Assembly (NCBI GenBank): GCA_041483195.1
Contig: JBGPFC010000005.1
Coordinates: 64,001 to 128,000 of the forward strand
From: Candidatus Eiseniibacteriota bacterium
GTDB taxonomy: Bacteria; Eisenbacteria; RBG-16-71-46
Direction: 5' to 3'
Length of the DNA: 64,000 nucleotides
Shown here: one piece after another, positions 58,584 through 64,000 of the stretch
Layout: each line of letters starts with the position of its first letter
How positions within the stretch are numbered: position 1 is the stretch's first letter
The notes under the pieces: model-generated
Told to the model about the DNA's origin: nothing
Databases searched by the model: none
The model's input: the letters and a program-made list of their open reading frames with translations, nothing else
Made by a program: the position numbers and the translations under genes

Positions 58584-61334
58584 TCAGCGTTTGACGGTCG
58601 CGGGCGGAGCCGCCATCTGCGCGCTCAGGATCTCGGTGAAATATTCGTCACCGGTCTGGATCGACGCGCTCATGTAATAGCGAACCAGCCCGTGCTCGTC
58701 GAACATCCCGGGCGGGTACATGGCGACCCCCACGACGCCGGTCGGAGCCTTGAGCATGACCATCTGATAGCGCCGCCACGGACCGTCGGGGGCCTGCACG
58801 TGCAGCCACATCTCGCGCACCTCGGTATCGCTCACGCCCTCCAGGCTGCCCGAGATGACGACCGGGGCATCCAGCGGGATGCGCGCCGGCGGAGCGAGCG
58901 CGCTCAGCGACGGACGGTCGAGATTGAGCCCGAGCTCGAAGGTCGCGAACCGCTGGTTGCCGCCGGGAAGATCGATGACCTGGACCGGCGCGCCCTCGCC
59001 CTGGTACTCGACGCGGACGCTGTGCGGCCCGCGCGGCAGCTCGAGCGGAAGCGGCGTGAGCCCGCGCTTCTCTCCATCGATCCACACGGTGGCGCCGGTG
59101 AGATCCTGCGTACCTCTCTCGTCGGTCAGGTTCGCGCGCACCTCGATGACACCCGTGGCGGGCGAGGTCATCGGTCGCGCGATCACCTCGACGGTCTCCC
59201 CCACGCGCACCGGGACCGTCTCGCTCCACGACGGCATGCCGGGCCCCGAGAAGCGCAGCTCGTGCGGCCCGGGTACCACGCTGTCGGCCTTGACCGGCGC
59301 GAACCCGATGCTCTGTCCGTCGAGCGTGACCGCGATCGGCAGGGCGGCGTCCGCGCTGTGCACAGAGACCGATCCCCAAAGCGGCGCATCGAGAACGACC
59401 CGATCGCCGCGCTCGCCGCGCACGTCGAATCCCGCGCTCCCGAGGTCCGAAAGCGAGAGCGTGACGCGGTGCGTGCCGGGCGCGAAGTCGATGGTCGCCG
59501 GAGTGCGACGCGCGAGGTCCTTGCCGTCGGCGGCGATCCACGCTCCCTGCGGGCGGCTGTTCACCGTGACCTCGTAGCGTGCGCCGCCGACACCGATCGC
59601 TCGCAGCGCGTGAAGCAACGAAGGACGGCGGCCGTCTGCCCCCTCGCGATTCTCCTGCAGGCTGCCCACCAGCCAGCCTCCGGCGAACAACGCGACGAAC
59701 AGCACGACCCAGGCCCACGGCTTCTTCCAGAGCGGGCGCTCGAATTCCATCTCGCTCGCCGATGGCCATGCGGGTCGCAGCGGCGGATGCGCGGCGGGTG
59801 GCGCGGCTTCGGAATCATCCGCCCACGGAACGGCCTCCCGATCGGGCGCGGCCGGGAAAGCCTCGTCGGCCGCGCCGGGTGCGGCGAACGGCGCATGGAT
59901 CGGCGCGGCCGGAACCGCAGGCGCCGCATCCGGCGCTTCGATCGGAGCGATCGTGATCTCCGCCGCCCGCGGCGGCGCGCCATGCGAAGGCGTTGGCGGC
60001 AGCATCATCGGCGCGTGAGTCTCGATCGCGATCGGGATGGGCGGCGCGACGCTCTCGCCGATCACGCGCGGATGCAGCTCGATCTCCGACCCGACCGGTT
60101 CGATCTGCATCCCCAACACGGGTCGCGCGGGGGATACCGGGCGATCCGACTCACGCACGAGCCAGTCCGCGGCGTCCTGCGCGAGCGACGGCGGCTCGGG
60201 CGTGGGCGGGATCAGGTCGGGCAGATCGGATGGCGTCGCGAGCGCATCGCCCGGCATTCCTTCGGGGACCGATGCGAACTCCGGCTCGCGTCCCTCGAGC
60301 TCATCGGATGGAATCTCTCGAGTCTGGCGCGCCGCGCGATTCCACGGCCAGACGCGCTCGATCCACGCACGGAACACGCTGCGGCGTCGGACGTGGTCCA
60401 CGTCGGATTCCGGCGAGTCCGAAGCTTCGCCCTCGGCGCTCGATTCCGCGGCCGCATAGACCGCAGGCGGCGCGGGGCTCGCGCCCGACAGGCGCGCGAG
60501 CGCGGCGGACGTGTCGCGCGCGGCGATTCCACGCATGCGCTCCTCTTCGCCGGCCGGCAGTTGAGGAAACAGCATGGCATCGCGCAGGCTCGACTCGCCC
60601 GCCGCGACCGGCGCCGGGACGGGGGCGAGCCCGCCGCCCGGCGCGACTGCGATCGGATCGGGCGCGCGCGGAGCGGGCACGGTCATCGGGCGGGCGATGG
60701 ACGGGGACGCCACCTCCGCGCGGGATGGAGCCTGAGGCGCCTCGCGCTCGTCCGGCCACTCCGCGACGACCGTCACCGCGGGACCCTCTGGATCGTGCGG
60801 ATCCGCGGCATACGTGAGGCACACCCGCACGCGGTGAGTGGCGTCGACACCGAACGCGCGCGCCTCGCTCCCCGAATCGTCGCGCACCCGCACCCACTCG
60901 ATATCGGCGAGCTCCCCGTTCAGCCACACTTCTGCCACCGCCTCGCCGATCCAACCGAATCCCACCTCGCGATCGCCGTCCACGAAGGCGAGGGTGCTGG
61001 GATGGGGCCCCTCCGCGCGGACCCACACCTCGCTGTGCGAGAACAGGAGTCCTGCCAGGGCGTGATGGAGCAGGGCGGGGATGGGCCGAGGGCCGGTGTC
61101 GGTGCGAGATGTTTCCCGCGCGACCCCGATCAGATCGCTGAGCCAGCCCTCCACCTCGGACGCGGTGTATCCCGATGGGACACCCAGGAGCAGCAGCTCG
61201 CATGAGGCGCTGCGCGCCCCGGCGCTCAAAACCTCGCCGCGAACCCGGGCCGAAATGTTCCACTGCCGGGTGGCCACATGAGCCACGTTCATCGAGGGGC
61301 TCCCTCCCCGAGCGACTGCCTTCGCTTCCATCAT
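58584..61334 (-). CDS. Single-pass membrane protein: divergent cytoplasmic N-domain, Pro-rich linker, TM, three PEGA domains, C-terminal beta domain
   Basis: TM WAWVVLFVALFAGGWLV; PEGA repeats (VNSRPQGAWI..TPATI..PGTHRV; GATVWIDGEKRGLTPL..GPHSV); start uncertain (61334/61292). Confidence 0.82.
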   Translation of the reverse strand: MMEAKAVARGGSPSMNVAHVATRQWNISARVRGEVLSAGARSASCELLLLGVPSGYTASEVEGWLSDLIGVARETSRTDTGPRPIPALLHHALAGLLFSHSEVWVRAEGPHPSTLAFVDGDREVGFGWIGEAVAEVWLNGELADIEWVRVRDDSGSEARAFGVDATHRVRVCLTYAADPHDPEGPAVTVVAEWPDEREAPQAPSRAEVASPSIARPMTVPAPRAPDPIAVAPGGGLAPVPAPVAAGESSLRDAMLFPQLPAGEEERMRGIAARDTSAALARLSGASPAPPAVYAAAESSAEGEASDSPESDVDHVRRRSVFRAWIERVWPWNRAARQTREIPSDELEGREPEFASVPEGMPGDALATPSDLPDLIPPTPEPPSLAQDAADWLVRESDRPVSPARPVLGMQIEPVGSEIELHPRVIGESVAPPIPIAIETHAPMMLPPTPSHGAPPRAAEITIAPIEAPDAAPAVPAAPIHAPFAAPGAADEAFPAAPDREAVPWADDSEAAPPAAHPPLRPAWPSASEMEFERPLWKKPWAWVVLFVALFAGGWLVGSLQENREGADGRRPSLLHALRAIGVGGARYEVTVNSRPQGAWIAADGKDLARRTPATIDFAPGTHRVTLSLSDLGSAGFDVRGERGDRVVLDAPLWGSVSVHSADAALPIAVTLDGQSIGFAPVKADSVVPGPHELRFSGPGMPSWSETVPVRVGETVEVIARPMTSPATGVIEVRANLTDERGTQDLTGATVWIDGEKRGLTPLPLELPRGPHSVRVEYQGEGAPVQVIDLPGGNQRFATFELGLNLDRPSLSALAPPARIPLDAPVVISGSLEGVSDTEVREMWLHVQAPDGPWRRYQMVMLKAPTGVVGVAMYPPGMFDEHGLVRYYMSASIQTGDEYFTEILSAQMAAPPATVKR

Positions 61335-61396
61335 CGGTGCGCGCTTCGCCGCAAGCTATCCAAGCCCCATTCAAGTGTCAATGGCCGATGGACTTG

Positions 61397-61411
61397 TGGC
61401 ATGGGACTTGC
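61397..61411 (+). promoter_or_regulatory. Putative sigma54 (-24/-12) promoter upstream of mltD
   Basis: TGGCAT-GGGAC-TTGC with exact GG-N10-GC spacing in the divergent intergenic region. Confidence 0.6.
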
Positions 61412-61496
61412 CGCTACGTATGTGGCCCGGTTCGAATCCCGGGACTTGCAGGCAGCACCCACCGCTCGGATCAGGCGAAGTGGCGGATTGCAGATT

Positions 61497-61511
61497 GCAT
61501 CTTGCATGCCG
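61497..61511 (-). promoter_or_regulatory. Possible second sigma54-like promoter facing the PEGA gene
   Basis: Minus strand CGGCAT-GCAAG-ATGC; correct spacing but a weaker -12 element. Confidence 0.35.
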
Positions 61512-61572
61512 AATGGGTAGCTTCCCGCGGACTGTGCGCGCCGCATTCACGGTCTCACCCGGGGATTTCGAT

Positions 61573-63468
61573 TTGATCCAGGCTCGGATTTCCATCCTGC
61601 CGGTCGTCTCGCTCGCGGCAATGCTCGCGTTCGGGCCCGCGCGCGCGGCCGAGTACTCGTTGCCGGCCGGGCCGCAGGCGCCGGCGGCGGGCGCGCCGAT
61701 CTCCCCGGCCGCGATCGGCGACAGCGCGATGGCCGACAGTCCCATCGCGAGCGCGCGCTCCGCGTACCAGGCGGCATGGGCGCTCAAGCAAGCCGGCGAC
61801 TACGCATCCTCCATCTCGACCTGCGATCAGGCGCTCTCGGACATCACCGACGTGTTCGCGCGGAGCCCGGACGCGACCACCTGGCGCGAGCTCGCCGACC
61901 TGCGTTCTCGCATCGGCGGGGTACGCGACGGCGCGAAGCACGCGCTCGAGTCGGAGAAGAATGATCCGGGCAACGCGGCCGACGCGAACGTGCTCAACGC
62001 GCCGGCGGTCGATACGATCGAGCCCCAGTTCAACGCCGACGTCTATCGATGGATCGAGTTCTTCACCGGGGCGGGGCGTTCCGTGTTCGAGCGATGGCTC
62101 AAGCGTTCGGGCCGCTACATGGACCTGTTCCGAGCGGTCCTTCAGAAGGAAGGGCTTCCCCCGGATCTGGTGCACCTGGTGTTCGTCGAGAGCGGCTTCA
62201 ACCTCAATGCGCGCTCGGTGTCGGCCGCGGTCGGGCCCTGGCAGTTCCTCCGCTCCACCGGGCGCCTGTTCGGGCTCACGGTGAACCAGTGGGTGGACGA
62301 GCGGCGCGACCCGGAGAAGTCCACCGTCGCGGCCGCGCGCTACCTCAAGCACCTCTACTCGATCTTCGGCGACTGGCCGCTCGCGCTCGCTTCGTACAAC
62401 GCGGGCGAGGGCACGGTGCTGCGCGCGATCAAGTCGCAGGGCACCACGAACTACTGGGATCTCAGGCTACCGCGCCAGACCGAGGAGTACGTGCCGCAGT
62501 TCATGGCGGTGCTCGCCATCTCGCGGGACCCCGAGAAGTACGGGTTCGACGCGATCGAGGTCGAGGACCCGATGGCGTTCGACGAGATCGCGTTCCAGGG
62601 CCCGGTCGACCTGCGCGCCATCGCGAAGCTCGCCGAGTGCTCGTACGATGAACTCCGCACGCTGAACCCGGCGGTGCGCACCCACGCGGCGCGGGGAGCG
62701 AACGGCGTCACCACGCTGCGCGTGCCGCAGGGCAAGGGCGAGATCCTCATGCAGCGGCTCCAGCAGGGCGCGCGCCTCCCCGCGGTCGATCTCACGCTCA
62801 AGCACCGCGTGAAGCGCGGCGAGACCCTGCAGGGCATCGCGAACCAGTACCACGTCAACGCCGAGCAGCTCGCGCGCGCCAACGGCATCGGGCGCAAGCA
62901 TCCGCTGCGGCTCGGCACCACGCTCACCGTCCCCGCGAGCATGCGCTCGCCATCGCTCGAGGTGGTCGCCTCCGATGATCCCCGCGCGTCGACCGGTTAC
63001 GTGCCAGAGCGCAACATCCGGCCGTCCGCGCAGCTCGACGGCGCATCGACCGCCGAGGGCCGGATCACGGTCACGGTGAGGCGCGGCGAGACGCTCGCGC
63101 AGATCGCCGACCGCTACGGCGTGTCGGTGGACGACATCCGCCGCTGGAACCGGCTCAAGACCACATCCGTTCGCCGCGGAACGCGACTCAAGCTGCGCAC
63201 CGGCGATGCGCTCGTGAGCGAGAACACCGCCGCGGACAGCGCACAGATCGCGTCGCTTCCGGTGCGAGCTTCGCGGCGGTCGAGGGGCTCGCACCACGCG
63301 GCGAGCGCCGCGCCCGATGCGAGCGGCACGATCGTCGTGCGCGCCGGCGACACGCTGGGCGATATCGCGCGCCGCAACGGAATCTCGCTCGCGGCGCTCA
63401 AGCGCGCCAACAGCCTGACCACGAGCCGCATCCGGGCCGGCCAGCGGCTCCGCCTCCCGGAGGGCTAG
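61573..63468 (+). CDS. mltD: MltD-like lytic transglycosylase with LysM domains
   Basis: Signal peptide from TTG 61573; VESGF, GPWQF, DERRDPEKST, ASYNAG; three clear LysM repeats; track start 61375 is probably too long. Confidence 0.92.
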   Translation: MIQARISILPVVSLAAMLAFGPARAAEYSLPAGPQAPAAGAPISPAAIGDSAMADSPIASARSAYQAAWALKQAGDYASSISTCDQALSDITDVFARSPDATTWRELADLRSRIGGVRDGAKHALESEKNDPGNAADANVLNAPAVDTIEPQFNADVYRWIEFFTGAGRSVFERWLKRSGRYMDLFRAVLQKEGLPPDLVHLVFVESGFNLNARSVSAAVGPWQFLRSTGRLFGLTVNQWVDERRDPEKSTVAAARYLKHLYSIFGDWPLALASYNAGEGTVLRAIKSQGTTNYWDLRLPRQTEEYVPQFMAVLAISRDPEKYGFDAIEVEDPMAFDEIAFQGPVDLRAIAKLAECSYDELRTLNPAVRTHAARGANGVTTLRVPQGKGEILMQRLQQGARLPAVDLTLKHRVKRGETLQGIANQYHVNAEQLARANGIGRKHPLRLGTTLTVPASMRSPSLEVVASDDPRASTGYVPERNIRPSAQLDGASTAEGRITVTVRRGETLAQIADRYGVSVDDIRRWNRLKTTSVRRGTRLKLRTGDALVSENTAADSAQIASLPVRASRRSRGSHHAASAAPDASGTIVVRAGDTLGDIARRNGISLAALKRANSLTTSRIRAGQRLRLPEG

Positions 63469-63477
63469 CCGCCCGCT

Positions 63478-63513
63478 CCGCGCGCCGCCCGTTCGCCGGC
63501 GGCGTTCGCGGTT
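63478..63513. terminator. GC-rich hairpin between convergent mltD and glgC
   Basis: CCGCG-CGCCGCC...GGCGGCG-TT-CGCGG imperfect inverted repeat. Confidence 0.4.
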
Positions 63514-64000
63514 TCAGTGCATCGACTCCGGGCCGTCCACCACGCCCCCGGCGGGCACGTGATCGCCGAAGTCGGCCTCGGTCACGAACGCTCCGATCCG
63601 CGCGTTGCGCCCGATCCGGATGCCTGCCGGCAGCTGCGCGCCCTTCCCGACCACCGTGAGTCCATGCGCGAGATGGTCGGGGCACGCGCGATTCGGAGCG
63701 GCGGCGTCGCCGTGCCCGATGATCGCGCCGTCCCCGATCCGCACCTGCTTGTCCACGATCGCGCGATCGAGGACCGCGTTCCGGCCGACGAACGTGTCAT
63801 GCATGACGATGCTGTCCCTCACGATCGCGCCGGCCGACACCGTCACGCCCGGGAACAGGATCGAGCGCACCACCTCTCCCGCGACGCGGCTGCCGTTCGC
63901 GACCAGGCTGCGCGCGGCGCGCCCGCCGTGCTCGATCATGACCGGCGGACGGTCCGCGCTCTGGGTGTGGATCACCCAGTCGGGATCGTTCAGATCGAGC
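63514..64000 (-). CDS. glgC: Glucose-1-phosphate adenylyltransferase, C-terminal part (runs off the window)
   Basis: LDLNDPDWVIHT..RPP, GEVVRSILFPGV, DSIVMHD, RAIVDK and GLTVVGK beta-helix region. Confidence 0.88.
   Translation of the reverse strand, partial: LDLNDPDWVIHTQSADRPPVMIEHGGRAARSLVANGSRVAGEVVRSILFPGVTVSAGAIVRDSIVMHDTFVGRNAVLDRAIVDKQVRIGDGAIIGHGDAAAPNRACPDHLAHGLTVVGKGAQLPAGIRIGRNARIGAFVTEADFGDHVPAGGVVDGPESMH

Noticed and set aside
58308..61205. 965-aa plus-strand ORF
   Set aside because: Antisense to the PEGA gene with no recognisable domain

Overview
A very GC-rich, gene-dense bacterial chromosomal segment from a diderm (LptE, Omp85 and other beta-barrel proteins, many lipoproteins). 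The long SecA insertion and the lipoprotein types suggest the FCB superphylum, possibly Ca. Eisenbacteria; this is inference, not a database result. Content is mostly core genes: trpG'-D-C-F-B (no trpA), tRNA-Arg(CCG), ubiE/menG, a GAF-GGDEF cyclase, a WbpB/D/E-like sugar trio, a histidine kinase plus sigma54 activator, lptE-holA-leuS, an aldehyde dehydrogenase, GH57, uvrC-xerD, rpsT, dapFAB, xerC, topA-smg-secA, csp, slt, guaA-purH-purC-purN, comEC, mltD and glgC'. The best-supported non-coding signal is a 28-bp dif site (17573-17600) near the point where gene orientation flips from + to -, with xerC and xerD both within about 23 kb, so the window very probably spans the replication terminus. 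The most interesting candidate systems are (i) a translationally coupled Tudor-like/SNF2 ATPase plus coiled-coil/Zn-ribbon partner resembling a split RapA, (ii) a possible PP2C pseudo-phosphatase-TM-PEGA receptor divergent from mltD across sigma54-like motifs, (iii) a zinc metallopeptidase-propeller-Omp85 fusion, (iv) a sensor kinase with a Cys4 insertion in its GAF domain near a sigma54-type c-di-GMP cyclase promoter, and (v) a small secreted protein plus beta-propeller lipoprotein pair. No CRISPR array, IS element or prophage was seen. All family assignments come from motif recognition by eye, not searches.
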